A program made the translations under genes and the position numbers. From NCBI GenBank assembly GCA_965112155.1, contig OZ218105.1: DNA of 64,000 nt; one strand, 5' to 3'. This document shows, in pieces, positions 1 to 13,485 of the stretch (position 1 is the stretch's first letter; every line of letters starts with the position of its first letter). The DNA comes from Podarcis liolepis. Its lineage: Eukaryota. The notes under the pieces are model-generated. The model saw only the letters and a list, made by a program, of their open reading frames with translations, ran no database searches and had not been told where the DNA came from.

Positions 1-385
1 AATAATGTGTTGTGGTGTCGAAGAGCTAGGTGTGGCCATCGCCTGCGCCTTCAATTTTTGGGTATTCCGTTAAAGGAATCTGGCAGTCGTGTATTCTGTC
101 CGATGCCTGCGTGGCGGGAGGCCATGGCACGACCCTCGGTGACATCAGGGGAGAGCCTATAGTTGGATTAGCATCAACAGGCTCCACCTACTGGTGAAAA
201 ACCCCCTTTGTTTGTTTGTTTGTTTTTTCCGAGTGGGTGGGGTCAGCTGACGTAATCCAATGCCTAAGCCAATACCTTTTCACTTGCTGTAATCAATAAA
301 GTTGTGGCCTTTTCTTGCCCATTAACCTTATATCACATGTCCTTGTGTTTCATTCCACTGCACGGGGTTCGGGTCCTCGAACCAC
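1..385 (+). mobile_element. Terminal-repeat-like fragment of a retrotransposon (LTR or DIRS/Ngaro type), cut off by the window start
   Basis: CpG-retaining segment with TGCCTAAGCCAA (261-272) and AATCAATAAAGTTGTGGCC (291-309, contains AATAAA). Both motifs recur inverted, with near-identical spacing, at 16536-16583. Family assignment is inference. Confidence 0.45.
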
Positions 386-2944
386 AATATCAATTTACCC
401 AGCTTGTAGTGCTTGGCTATATTACAAATTTGAGATGCATCTCCCCCAAATTGCTCCAGCTCAGAATGTCAAATGAGATTCCTCATTCTATGAGATTATG
501 CACATGTGCAGTCAGAATTAACAGATCAGGCATCCAAATGTCAATTGCTTTGTAACACATGCACAAACATTCTTAAATGTTAGCCTCCTTACTTTAATTG
601 CTTTGAACTATGCAAACCCTACTTTTGTTTTTTGGCTTGATTCACGCCATCACTTCAAAATACAGTTAAACTTAATAATGGTTTAAAGGTGTACATGCAG
701 TATTCTAGTGCATAGGTTGAAAATAATGGGTGCTTCAATCTTCTCCCACTCTCACTGTTGTCACATAGCCAGGAATAAAGGCATGGTTTGGTTTGGCATT
801 ATATCCAAACCTAGGCTCATGGTTTGTGTGTTGGCAGGGACAGATGCACACATATATTGATGCTTTGCATCCTCCAATTCTTCCACTTCAGGACAAAAAT
901 GTCAGACCCAAACAATTCCGGCTGGGTGGTAATCTTATATGAGACATGGTAGTTTAAAATTATGGAAATATGATGTTCTGTAGTACAAATAAATAAATCT
1001 GTTCTAGTATAAGCATGCTGCTATTTCTCATTTGTTCTAGCTCAGTCCAGTGGAAATTAACATGAGCTTCTCAAGTGCACGCTAACCAATTTAGTGGAAA
1101 AAGGTTTATTGGAAATGACTAAATAATATTGTATTTGCTATGGACATCAGATTCCTCATGATCCACCTGCCAAATCATTTTGCACAATTTACCATGTAAA
1201 TCAGCGCTATTACATAGAAACATAGCATTTCCCTGTTCGTAATCCAAATAATTAGATTAAACAGCATAGAAACTCACTTGATTAAGGTTTTACCTATATG
1301 TGAATCCTACTAAACATTGTGGGCAACTCACCAGAGGTCTACTGATCCCTGTGATGCATGCAACATCTAGCTGAGATCTAAGTTGGCTATCATTAACGCT
1401 CTCGACATAAAACATGCAGCCTGCATTTCTTATTAAGTCATGCATTTTAAAGGCTCTACAAAACACACAGTGAAAATGCACAAGTTAAACAACTATGAAA
1501 GAAGTAATGTGTTGCTCAGCATTCACAATAGGACTTTTCAAAATGGAAGGATACACAGGTTTCCACAAACCTGCTCAGTGGGTTATCAAGGTTATTCCCT
1601 TTTATAAGCAGGATGTTGAGTAGTGCATGGACGCTCTCCCTTGGCTTCTTGTTTATGCTGCCGTTTGGACCAGATGAGAAAAAAGCAGGACTTTTTTCAA
1701 AGCAGCGGGAAACATTACTCCTGCTGTTTGCATTCTTTAAACTGCAGCACTAATACCAACTCCTCCCCCCAGCAGCAATATTATGCTATCACTAGAGGTA
1801 TGAGGGAACACAGAATTATAAAATAAGTTACACTATACATCCGCCAACCTCCATTTTTGGTGTCTGAACAGGTAGAACAATACTGGCACCATAGTTATGC
1901 TGTTGCCAGTGGAATATCTTCAGAAATTGCTGGCACAAGGGATATTAGTCACACCCTGCTGTTGTTTAGCAGAGCTGGCCCAATGTATTTTTCTGCCTGA
2001 GGTGGAGCAACAAATGCATAGTACCCAAGGCCAGCCAAGTTATTTTAGCATATGAAGAGCTGCTTCCTCTCATGGCAGTAAAAATGATGGTGATGATGAT
2101 AACAGCAAATAGCAATAATAATACCTAACTAAGTTCTGCCATTTCATGAACCCAAAATCAGTTGCCCCTCTCTTCCTGATGGTAGAAAGTAGAGAATAAG
2201 ATGGCACTGTCAATCATTCTTTAGAGAAAATGTTGCTATGGCATTTTGCAAAAGTGGCCATCTGTGTGTGGTTTTTAAAAAATAATTATTAAGCTTTCTT
2301 TCCCCCATGAATGAATTAAATCTTCATCACTATGGACTGCACACCACTAAACAAGTGTTCTTCATACATGCCAGTTGTTTCCATCATAATATACATCATC
2401 ATTCTGTCTAATTACCCTTCTCTCTTCACCCATCAAATTGCAACTTTCAATAGAAATAAAACAGCTTCTTTTCTGCTTTTTGAATGAAGAATGAGCTCAT
2501 GCTTAACAAAAATACTAGCCGGACATAACATAAATTTACTGCTCATTTGCTGTCAGTACTAGGAAGTATTTAAACAGATCCCGCTACTTTAACATCCTGT
2601 GAAACTGGGGAAAAGAAATGTCTTCCTTCTGATTCACACTTTCAACATACTTACTTGCTAATTCAGATTATAATTTTCTTTCTACATCTATAGTGTAGTC
2701 ACCATCCATGTCTGGGAAAAGAGTATCATATGGTAATTCTGACTAATTGAAATAAGCCGCTGTGGTTATTTTAATTATGGAAATTATACAATTATAGAAT
2801 GTATCAAAATTATAAAATATATTAAATTGCTGTGCAAAAGGTTACATTCATACGCTGAATAGATTTTAGATAATTGCCCTCTGCTTTATAGAAAACTTCT
2901 GAGGAACTTATTCAAATCTGCTGCCCATTATTCTCTGCAGAATT

Positions 2945-3061
2945 ATTCCCAAACTATTTCTCTCCAGATGTTGCGAGGCTCTCAGCCTCGGCCAGCATGG
3001 CCAATGATGATAAAATTGTACTCCAATAGTTTTTGGAGGGCACCAGGTTGGGGAAGGCTGT
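2945..3061. mobile_element. Short palindromic hAT-like MITE (CAGCCTTCCCCAACCTGGTGCCCTCCAGATG type), decayed
   Basis: Ends TGGAGGGCACCAGGTTGGGGAAGGCTG with internal GCCAGCATGGCCAATG. Related decayed copies lie at about 4905-5030, 36027-36165, 46270-46370 and 62000-62085. Confidence 0.6.
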
Positions 3062-3988
3062 CTTAGAACAAATTCACCAATTGGGTATCCTCCAGATAGT
3101 CTTGACTAGAACTCCTATCAGTGCCAGAACTGATCCTCTGTCCTCACCAGATACTTACAAAAAGCAATATTTCAGAAGAGCCTAGTATTGAATAGCTGGC
3201 TGTAGCATGGATGGTTCATAAAAAATATATTGTTTTACCTGTGGAAAACAACACTACATGCATTTGCAAGTAAGTCTTGCAGAGTCCCACTTCCTCCCAA
3301 GTAAGTGGGTGCAGGATTGCAGCCAGGGATTGATAGCTTTATCGGTGATAATAGGTTTATAATGCAAGATCTTTATCAGTGGCTAAGAAAACAGTCTATT
3401 TATCTTTTTTATTCTTCTCTGTGGACACTTATGAAAATAGGGCCCTGAGAAAAATGTACTTTTTAATTGTAAATTCTGCTATTATTTTTACTAGATATTA
3501 CAGTATATATGCTAAGTACAATGCAAGGAGGAAAAGCCTAAAGCTACGAGTAAGGGCAGGGCTTTTTTCAGCCGGAACTCAGTTCTGACACCTCTCTGCC
3601 AGGCTCCATTGCCATTATAAGAGAAAAACAGCACTGCCAAGCTGATGAAGTTGTAGCAAGCTTGTGCTGGGGGAGGTTTAGCAACCGCAAACAATACAGA
3701 AGATGTTGCAAGATAAGATTTCAGTTGGGATTTATTTAAAGGAAACAAAGTGTCTAGGAGAAGCAAGACAAAAATGGGGCGGATAACAACCGAATGACAG
3801 AAGTACACAAAGGGATCCCACTGAATTTGTCACAGATACTGAAAGAAATCAGGTTTACTAGGTATTGAAAAACCCTTCAAAATATAATAAAATAAAAACT
3901 GGCAAGATTTTAAGCATTCATACTTACTGATGCGCATCCAGGGTGTCTCTATTTGGACACAAATGGATAAAGGGTGTGAATGTCAGTA

Positions 3989-4234
3989 CAGTGGTACCCC
4001 TGGTTGAGAACGGGATCCGTTCTGGAGGCCCGTTCACAACCTGAAAAGAATGCAACCTGCATCTGCGCGTACGTGGGTCGTGATTCACCGCTTCTGCGCA
4101 TGTGCGTGATGTCATTTTGTGCGTCTGCACACGCGGCAAAACCCAGAAGTAACCCTTTCTGGTATTTCCGGGTTGCCATAGGATGCAACCTGAAAACGCG
4201 CAACCTGAAGCAAACGTAACATGAGGTATGACTG
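3989..4234 (+). mobile_element. Tc1/mariner-pogo-type MITE, family A
   Basis: TA|CAGTGGTACC...GAGGTATGACTG|TA, imperfect TIRs and TA TSD. A homologous copy in the opposite orientation is at 44280-44531. Confidence 0.85.
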
Positions 4235-6140
4235 TATTTCATCAGCATAAAACCATGTGAAACCCACACAAAATTTCATACTGTGATCAGTGCCTGTTCA
4301 ATCCCAAAAAACCTCATCAATGCTGAAATGAAATGAAGCACAGCACTTTGCAGGATCTGGAATAGACGGAAGGAGATGTCTTTCCCCCAGTGCTTACTTT
4401 ACATGGCAAATTCTGACCCCCCACAATTGTTATCAAAAGTGTAGCAGTTTAAAATAGAGCACAAAAATCTAAAGAACAAATTTTGAAATGGAATCTAAAG
4501 ATGTCACCATGACATCTGTATTTTACCAGTCATCCCTCTTTCTTTTTTTAACGTCTCTGCAGTGCCTCTTTCAAATATCACAGAATGTGTTTCAGCTGAA
4601 CTGATCTGGAATGATTTTTTAAAAATAAAAATATTTATAGACCGCACCTCATACAGAAAAACTCAGGGTGCTATACAATATTTACAAAATTACAAAAGAG
4701 ATAAAATGCCATTAAAAGCAATACTGATCACAAAAATGACTGCCTTATCTTAATTGGGGCACCAAATGCCCAACTTTAAGGCAATTTGCTTTCTGAAACA
4801 CAGGAGAAAACTAACAGCACCTCCTCCAGATGTATATGGTTTTATATCATTTGAAACAACATGTTCTAGTTTAAATATGGAGGGTCTGCCTAATTACACT
4901 AGAACAGGGCGAGTCAATGCAGTGTCCTCCAACTGTTGTGGACTCCAGCTTCTATTAGCCTCAGCCACATGGCCAATGGTCAGGGATGATGGAAGTTACA
5001 GTCCCAACAGGGCACCACATTGACTACTCAGCTAACACAGACTTGATAGGTGTGTTTGGATGATCAAATCGTGGCTTAATATAAGTTAATATATGACCGA
5101 GCCCATTTGCATTTTCCTTTGCATGAGCTAGAAAACAAACAAGACATCTTTCATTAACTATAGTTTGAAGATGCTTTTTATATCTTCTTGGCTTGCTCTA
5201 AAGCTATTAACCATGACTTCTTTTCTTGGACAAAATGGGAAATTAAAGTTAATGGAATACTTCTACTGGTTTGTTTGCTGGCTCACGAAATGAGAGGAGC
5301 CAAGGTGCTGTGTGCATAGGCAAAAGAGTAATTAGTAGAATAGTAGTAGTAGTAATTATTTTTTATTTGTATCCCACCCTCCCTGGCCAAAGCCGGGCTC
5401 AGAGTGGCTAACAACAGGTAAAAATAGCACAGTGTGCATAAAATCGCACAAACAATTAACATTGGAATGCAGTTAATTTTGCCCCATTTCCGAACTATGG
5501 ACAAGAGATCAGGGATGCCACATGAGCTTGGCATTTTCTTCATCCCATGAAAGCCCCTCCTTCCATTCTAGAACTCAATACTGTTAAAAAAATATTTATT
5601 ACATTCAGCCATGTAGAATCAAACAATTTCATAACACTACATTAAGTCATGGGGAAGAACCATTTGCACCCTTTAACTTAAATTTACATTCAAGTCAATG
5701 TAATGCAGCCTATGTAATAGTGAATGAAAGCGACGAAAGCAAATAAAGCCCACAGTTGCAAAAATTAATATACCAATGTCCCAAGCACTTTGAGAGCTTA
5801 GTGCTCTGCTCTAAGAGAGGATTGGGAGGGCCAGGAAGAGTGTGGCAAAGCCGCAGAGATGCACAATCAGCAGCAAGATATAAAGATAGCTGCCAGTGTG
5901 TCTGATGCAGGTCTTAGGGAGGAATAGTGAAGAGAGAAAGTGTGTGAGAGTGAGATGTCAGCAGGAAGGAGCTTATGAGAAAAAGGACAGAGTTAGAATG
6001 AAATAGGGAGAGAAGGAGGTGAGAAAGAGCCTAAAGTAAAAAGAGCACAGTAACCAGGGAGACAGAGGTCCCCAGAAGGGGTGGCATAGTTACAGAGGAA
6101 GCCAACAAGGCTAGAGAAGGTAGGAAGGAGGGAGAAGAAT

Positions 6141-6211
6141 TAGAATAATAGAACTGTAGAATTGGAAGGGACCCCACAGTTCATCTAGTCCAACCGCTTG
6201 CCATGCAGGAA
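6141..6211 (-). mobile_element. CR1 LINE 3' end fragment
   Basis: Reverse complement gives TTGGACTAGATGAAC..GGGGTCCCTTCCAATTCTACAGTTCTATTATTCT, the typical CR1 3' hairpin and octamer tail. Confidence 0.7.
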
Positions 6212-7797
6212 TTGGCAAGCACTTTTCCAAGGGGGCCATGAAAAGTGAGCAAGATAAAGAAGGAAGGGCTGAGAGGTGACAGGTGCACCTTAACAGGAAG
6301 GCAGGTTTTGGCAGGGACGTAGCAGGCAGAACATGTGTGTGATATTGTCCAATGGAAATACTGTAGAGGGTGACAAGAGCCCTAATCTCAGCCTGACTTC
6401 CATGCTCACTAGACATCTCTGAATATAAGAAACCTCCTGGCATTGTGAGAATCCTTGGGAGCCAGGGATGAAGATTTTGAGGAGTTTACAACCTGTAAGT
6501 CTGCCTATTTTGTTTGTCTGCTTCCTTTAAACATCGGCTTTCTTCAAGAATCTTCTGAAATTAACAGCTTGCCTGATTCCAACATGCAATGAATTCTGTG
6601 TTTATTTTTGGAGGTTCTGCACTAATTTAGAAAATTTAGGGAAATTGGTAAAGGAATGTTCAAGTGATTTCCATTTGCAGCTCATGAGACTGCAATACCA
6701 TGCAGCTATAACAGAGACACAAACTGAGATGAAGAATGTGGATCAGGGAGGTGGGGCAAAGTGGAAAAAGCCTCTTCGATCTTTCCGCCCTTCCATCCCT
6801 TCCCATCCACTGCTGCTGCCTTTGCTCCCTCATGAACACAGCAGCAATGGACTCATAAGGGTGGTAGGAGGCACTATGAGAAAACTGGTTCTACATTCTA
6901 AGCCAAAAAAAGAGGCAAAGGTACTCAAAAATAAAATATTTTTAATTGAAAATACTTATAGTGATCTGGTCACAGCATGCTATTGTTGTTTTCATTATTA
7001 TTATTACTAATATTGATGTTATTATTTATTGATTGCCTTCTATACAAGCCCCCCCCCCCAGAGTGCTTTGAATAGCTGTCTGTGGTGAACGTGAGTAGTT
7101 GCAAATGATCTCCTTGTGTAGGGACTCTTCAACATGCCTAAACAAGAAGGGCTCTTTTTAAAATAAATACATTTTGAGATGTGTGTTAAATTGGTCTGGG
7201 AAATGATCCAGTTTTGGGGATGATCTCAGATAATTTCCTGGTTAATCTGCAGCAAGTAGGAGGAAAATTCACCCATTCTAGTCAGAGCAGCGGCTGCAGT
7301 TACTTGGAGACACACCTTAACAACTACCATGACCTATGTGTACCATAAGCAGTTACATCCAAGAGATGTAACTGCCCTTTCACAAACACACGCTAAACTT
7401 CACACAATACATCAAAAGCTAGAAACAATATAGATGAGACCAGCCACTCACTGTACTCCTAATCCCTAAGGGGAAAAAATGTTATAGGAGAAGAACAGTC
7501 CAAGTCCTGTAGTTGAAACAGTTTTTCACGTCTGTGGAAGACTACTCGGTTCTTATTTTTAAATGCAACATAAAACGTCTTCAAGCCAGGTAACTCAAAT
7601 TATACTGGACAGCATGAAGCAAGGGAACAAACGCAGTATCTAGCCCACCAGCATAATGTATTTTTCCACCCCACTCCTTCACAATACCCAATGCCATCCA
7701 AATATTGTAAGCATATTATATGACCTGTGATGCTTTACTGTCATTGTTACTCCTTAATGCAGACAAATGCATCTGTGCAAATGCTTACAACTGCGGC

Positions 7798-8010
7798 ATG
7801 ATCAATGGTTACTACTTATGATGGCTGTATTACCTCTAGGATCAGAGGCAATATGCTTCTGAATACTAGAGCTGGGGACTGCAAGCAGGAGAGCGCTGTG
7901 GGCCCATGTCCTGTTAGTGGGCTTCCCATAGACATCTGGCTGGCCACAGTGAGAACAGAATGCTGGACTAGGTTAGTCTGATCCAGCAGGGCTGGTCTTA
8001 TATTCTTATG
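7798..8010 (+). mobile_element. Old CR1-type LINE/SINE 3' end
   Basis: GGCCACAGTGAGAACAGAATGCTGGACTAG...CTGATCCAGCAGGGCT...TCTTATATTCTTATG tail. A related partial copy is at about 18880-18990. Confidence 0.6.
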
Positions 8011-8025
8011 CTGGAGTACTGACTG

Positions 8026-8695
8026 TCTCGCCAGAGTAGTGCATGCTCTGGTTATCTCCTGCTTGGATTACTGCAACGCACTCTACATGGGGCTACCTTT
8101 GAAGGTGATCTGGAAACTACAACTAACCCAGAATGCAGCAGCTAGACTGGTGACTGGGAGTGCCTGCTGAGACCACATAACACTGGTCCTGAAAGACTAA
8201 CATTGGCTCCCAGTACGTTTCTGAGCACAATTCGAAGTGTTGGTGTTGACCTTTAAAGCCCTAAAAGGCCTCGACCCAGTATACCTGAAGGAGCGTCTCC
8301 ACCCCATCATTCTGCCCGGACACTGAGGTCCAGCGCTAAAGGTCTTCTGGTGGTTCCTTCACAACAAGAAGTGAAGTTACAGGGAACCAGGCAGAGGGCC
8401 TTCTTGGTAGTGGCACCCGCCCTGTGGAACGCCCTCCCTTCAGATGTCAAAGAAATAACAACAACAACAATCTTTATTAAAGTCCAGAGACCCAACACAT
8501 CATTACAAAGCAATACACAATTCATACAGCCTACTTCCAGGTTAAACAACTACCTGAAGTTTAGAAGACATCTGAAGGCAGCCCTGTTTAGGGAAGTTTT
8601 TAACGGCTGATATTTTAATGTATTTCTAATCTTTTGTTGAAGCCACCCAGAGTGGCTGGGGAAACCCAGCCAGATGGGTGGGGTATATATAATAA

Positions 8696-8756
<61 letters not shown>
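8026..8756 (+). mobile_element. L2 LINE 3' portion with (TAT)n tail
   Basis: Decayed ORF2 C-terminus (ARVVHALVIS.LDYCNALYMGLPLKV..KLQL.QNAAARLVTG; RAFLVVAPALWNALP), 3' UTR CCACCCAGAGTGGCTGGGGAAACCCAGCCAGATGGG, and (TAT)n at about 8697-8756. Confidence 0.9.
8463..8544 (-). mobile_element. About 80-bp 3' end of an unclassified non-LTR retroposon inserted in L2
   Basis: Absent from the homologous L2 copies near 19905 and 30070. The minus strand reads ...GACTTTAATAAAGATTGTTGTTGTT. Flanked by AACAAC at 8457-8462 and 8545-8550. Confidence 0.65.
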
Positions 8757-9858
8757 TAGCGGCAAATGCCACGAAATGTTCTTTTACTATATTTCTTCAG
8801 AGAGTCCCCTACCTCCTCATGATTCTACAGCATACTTTTACCTCCTTGAATTGTCAACATGTCAACACACTGTGAATCTCTATTTTGTTCCTATTGAAAA
8901 ATACAGCAATATAACAGTATTATATGACATGTAACACCAGAACTTTCCCAACCCATGATAAAAAAGTGACACACATAAAGTCACTTGGGGGAAGAAAAAC
9001 AGGCAAACTGATTAAAGCAGTTGAAAATTACCTTTCTTAATTTTTACACGAAGCTGTTATAATGTGCAAAGACAACTTGAGTAAGAATCCTTGGGGGTGG
9101 AAACAAATTGCAGAAAATGTTTAGAGCCATATATGCAATTTCTAAATCATTCTAATGAGCAGCCTCATATTTTATAAACCTTTGCTCTCTTGATGAAGAA
9201 TTGCAGGCTGCATTATACTTTAAAGGAGGCAAGCAAAACAGCCTCTCGAGGCAACAGATGAATAAAAGATGATGTTTTCCCAAGGGAGAAGCATTAAGCA
9301 CTTTATAGCACAACAAAACTGAGAAACCCCAAGCAAGGAAGGGGGACACAGCTGGAATTCAGCAGGGAGGAGACTGATATTAGTTTTGGCATCTGCATTA
9401 TTTTAATTCCCATTGGGGTGCAAGCAGATCCATAGCATTTTACTGAAGGCAAACAAAGCAGAGCTGTATAGCTTCAACCAACCCCTCCCGCCCAAAAAAG
9501 TCCAAGGTTCATCCCACAGATTCAAAGTAGGTTTGTCATCAAGTATACACACAACAGGAATCATTAGCCAATGCTTGACAACTGTATATGATACTGATGG
9601 CCGTCAATATTGTTATAGATCTAGGGTACCAAAGCCTGGTAGAAATTAATAAATGGTAGTATTTAGATAATATTTGGGATATGAAGGGAAATACAAGCTG
9701 TGCCAGACAGGAAATTTCTGGGTTATCTTATGCAAACCAACCTGGTCAGTCTGGCTAAGCGCAGAGCCGTTAAGGAACAATGGAGAACCAGGCACTGAGC
9801 CATTAATGTCCAGCTCTGAGGAGTGGACACAGAGAGGAGAACTGGCATGTTGCCAAGG

Positions 9859-9863
<5 letters not shown>

Positions 9864-9897
<34 letters not shown>
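9864..9897. repeat. (TG)n microsatellite
   Basis: Directly visible. Confidence 0.95.
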
Positions 9898-9898
<1 letters not shown>

Positions 9899-10972
9899 TG
9901 ATGCCACAGGAACAGAAGTAAAACTTTGGAAAGAGAGACACTGCAAAGAAATCTACTCTTCCTTACTCCCTGTTGTTCAAACACAATTCAATTGATTCTG
10001 GCTTCTAAATTTAGAACACAGTAAGCTCAGTGATTTTTATAAAAGCAAATGAATGCATAATCATAGTCAGGTACACACAAAATTGAATTACAATCTCAAT
10101 ATTTGCTATGGTACTGATTTACGTTTGTCAAACTGGTATGCTTAATTGCACTTCCAATATTATAATAGGGTGCCTATGAACATTCCTTATACCTTGGGCA
10201 AATATAACAGCTCACTCTGAATCACGTTTAAAATGAATAGAGAAATATGAGCAAAACATCCACCAAAAAGACTGAGCAACCCAAACGAGGGAATTGTATC
10301 TTGACCACTTAATGTAGCATGAAGGTCCCAAAGGGCACAGCCATACAAATGCTTTTCAGCACTTTCAGATAAGCAGGTGATGCATTTCCAGATAAGCAAG
10401 GCGAAAGAAGCTTTGACTCTGCAGACAGCTTGCCTAGACCTTTAAGTCCCAATATATTCATGAGAAACTGATCTCCCTAATCTCCCCATATAGAAACTGT
10501 CACTCTTGTAGATGTTGCCTCCTTCTGATAAACTGTTTCAGAAGTGAATATCAGCAATAATTTTCCAAGTGGAAACTTACTAGAGCATGCAAACAACTTC
10601 CTGCTGAGCTGACCAGCTATATTTCCCCCATCAAAGTTCTCCACACCTTTGCTTCCCCAGATTTCATATGAGGTGCAGGTGTATGGTAGATTTTTTGTCA
10701 CTACTTGACGGAACAATGCAGATGAATCCTTACCAAGTGGTTGCACGCACTGCATGGCAAATCACCACTAGGTAAATTATTCCTTCATAACCACCCAATC
10801 ATCCACAAGGGGATTCTTTCTTTCAGTTCTCCAGTGAACCGATCAAAATGTATTTAATTGATGGGATGGACAGTCTATTTCAATAAATTAGTAATTTTTT
10901 AAAAAAATAAATAGACAAAGGTATGAAGGAATACAGAAAGAGCAGGCACATATTGGTCAACATAAGGTAAGT

Positions 10973-11283
10973 CAGGGCTGTCTTAAGCATATGCGGCGCC
11001 AGGGTGCAAAGATCCACCCAGCGCCGTCCCCCCCAGGTTGCCCCGTCCCAGGCGCACAGGAGGGCGGAGCTGGACGACTGCCTCAGCGTCTCGCTAACTC
11101 AGTCGCCCCTGAACTCGTGGCGCAGAGCCGTCCACAGCAGAAGAGCCCACTGCTGCGCTCCAACTGATGGGTGGGCTCTTCCCTGGACTCAACTCTCAGG
11201 CCCTGGACTCTCGGCCTGGCGCCCCTGATAGCCCAGCACCCAGGTGCCCCGCACCCCTAGTGCCTATGGTTAAGATGGCCTTG
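10973..11283. mobile_element. GC-rich hAT-like MITE
   Basis: Termini CAGGGCTGTCTTAA ... TTAAGATGGCCTTG are imperfect inverted repeats. Flanks AGGTAAGT and CGGGAAGT match 6/8, consistent with a decayed 8-bp TSD. Confidence 0.7.
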
Positions 11284-11651
11284 CGGGAAGTGGAACCTCC
11301 ATCAACTGTACCAAGATGCCAGTTCCATCAGAGTCCTCTCTCCATCAGCTGATACCTAGCAACAGCCATCACATCAGGTTGTAGCAGAGGGAGAGAATCA
11401 AAGCAAGCCAATGCTGATGATTATATTAATATTTATTTACATCCTACCTTTTTCCCAGACAGGGACTCTACGTGGCTTACAGATAAATTGGAAAAGCTAA
11501 AAAGATAGCAAAGGTAATCATTAAAAAGTAATTAAAAGCTAATAGAATTAAAATCATATAAAAAGATCTATTTAAAAAACAGAGAACAAGAAGAAGTAGA
11601 AGCAAAAACAACAAAGCAAAACATCACAGAACTAGGCCTTTCCAGTCATTT

Positions 11652-11726
11652 CATCACCATCACCATCACCATCACCATCACCATCACCATCACCATCACC
11701 ATCACCATCACCATTATCATTATCAT
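11652..11726. repeat. (CACCAT)n microsatellite
   Basis: Directly visible. Confidence 0.95.
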
Positions 11727-12818
11727 TTTGCCTTGCCCTAAAGATATTATCGAGACACAAAACTGCCCTAAAGGCAATGTGGCTCAATGTACCAATTTGT
11801 GGGCTTCAGCGCTAGAATTTTCCAAATGTTATTTTGCTCAGGTCCAAATGTTTGCCTGAACACAGAGCATAAAGAAGTTTATAAGATGAAGATGGCTGAG
11901 GTCAGAATAGATCTATCTCAGTGCACAGTAACTTGCTTATAAATGATCACCTTTTCCTCAAAATATTATTCAAATTCTATTTCAGGCAAGAAATTGTGAA
12001 TTATAAATTTAGGATGCATTCTATGAAGCCACAAATATAATCTGCATTTTCCCCACAAGCCAGAAAAGCTTCTTTGAACAGCGCTGCCAGGGTCTTAACA
12101 AAGGAGCCTTCTCGGTTGTTTGTGACTGTGCCAAGTTTATTAAAAACTACTGCAATTAGTCAGAGCAGCCATTACACTTTGGACTGTGGGTGTGCTATAG
12201 CAATGTGGCATGTGCCACAGTGGGAGATGTTCAGAAAGGCAGCTTTCACTTGTGTGACTATATTGCCCTCTAATGCCTGATTTAATCAATACTTTCAGAC
12301 TCCAAATATATTCCCTTAGACAAGGATGTGAAGCAAGGCTGGTAGAGACTTCTGCTTCAGACCTTGACGGCTGCTGCCTTAAAAATATTTGGTTAGCAGG
12401 TCCAATCCTCTGACTCAGTTTCACATGTTCATATGATATTGGGAGTGGGGCGTGAGTAGTTTTATGACAATAAATTGAAAAAAGAAAAGGATAAAAGGAA
12501 ATCACTCATGCATGCAAAGCTGAGAGTGATTTTAATACAACGGAGGAAAAGTTTGGTTTGCAGACATTGCCTAAGACATCAAATTCTGTTGATGTTATTC
12601 CAGTTAAATAAGATGATACAATTTGGTGTGAAATAGAACACCTAGGTATGTAAAAAATAGAGAATTCATCTCTGAAATGTTGAAAATAAAAACGCTGTTT
12701 AAAAGTATATATAGAACTCATATGCTTGGAGAGACTTGGTCTTATGCCAATTCATGTAACCAGATTTCCAGACAAGGCATTCTGTCCATTCATGATTTCC
12801 CTGCATACAGGGAACATA

Positions 12819-13043
12819 CAGTGGTACCTTGGGTTAAGAACTTAATTTGTTCTGGAGGTCCGTTCTTAACCTGAAACTGTTCTTAACCTGAGGTACCACT
12901 TTAGCTAATGGGGCCTTCCGCTGCAGCCGCACAATTCTCATCCTGAAGCAAAGTTCTTAACCCGAGGTACTATTTCTGGGTTAGCGGAGTCTGTAACCTG
13001 AAGCGTCTGTAACCTGAAGCATCTGTAACCCGAGGTACCATTG
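12819..13043 (+). mobile_element. Tc1/mariner-pogo-type MITE, family B
   Basis: TA|CAGTGGTACCTTGGGTTA...TAACCCGAGGTACCATTG|TA with internal TAACCTGAAG repeats. Inverted copy at 39722-39949. Confidence 0.88.
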
Positions 13044-13045
13044 TA

Positions 13046-13485
13046 CTGTACTTTTCTGTGTATAAGACGGTGTTTTTTTACCTGAAAACAACGCTTAAAA
13101 ATTGGAGTCGTCTTATACATGGGTAGTCCGGGGGGGGGACGACGTTCGAAATGATTTCTGTCTTGAGTAGTAGATTGTCACTGGCGTTATTGCAGGTGAT
13201 AGGCTGCTGTGGCAATGTCCACTTGCAATTGGTTGCTGCGAGAATGTCCGCTTGTGATTGGGCTCTGCTGTGGCAATTGGGTGTGTGATTGGGGGCGGCT
13301 AGTGTTGATCGGAAATAGGATAGGAGGCTTCTGCATTGCGTTCGATCGCAAGCATTTGGAATTTGGGTGAGCTTTTTTTTCATTCCTCCCATTCTGGACA
13401 ATCTTCCCCCATTTTCTCAAAATTGGGTCCACAAAATTAGGGGGCATCTTATCAATGGGAGCTTCTTATAGACGGAAAAGTACGG
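13046..13485. mobile_element. Tc1/mariner-pogo-type MITE, family C
   Basis: TA|CTGTACTTTTCTGTGTATAAGACG ... CTTCTTATAGACGGAAAAGTACGG|TA: about 24-bp imperfect TIRs and TA TSD. Confidence 0.85.

Noticed and set aside
5700-6490. Possible solo LTR (purine-rich, TGTAA...TTACA)
   Set aside because: No TSD, clear polyA signal or second copy in the window, so support is insufficient.
8674-8934. Poly-Tyr ORF, and poly-Asn, His-Thr or Cys-Val ORFs elsewhere
   Set aside because: These are translations of microsatellites and LINE tails.
12965-13040. Regularly spaced TCTGTAACCTGAAGC repeats resembling a CRISPR-like array
   Set aside because: They are head-to-tail subterminal repeats of a TA-flanked MITE with no unique spacers, in a eukaryotic context.
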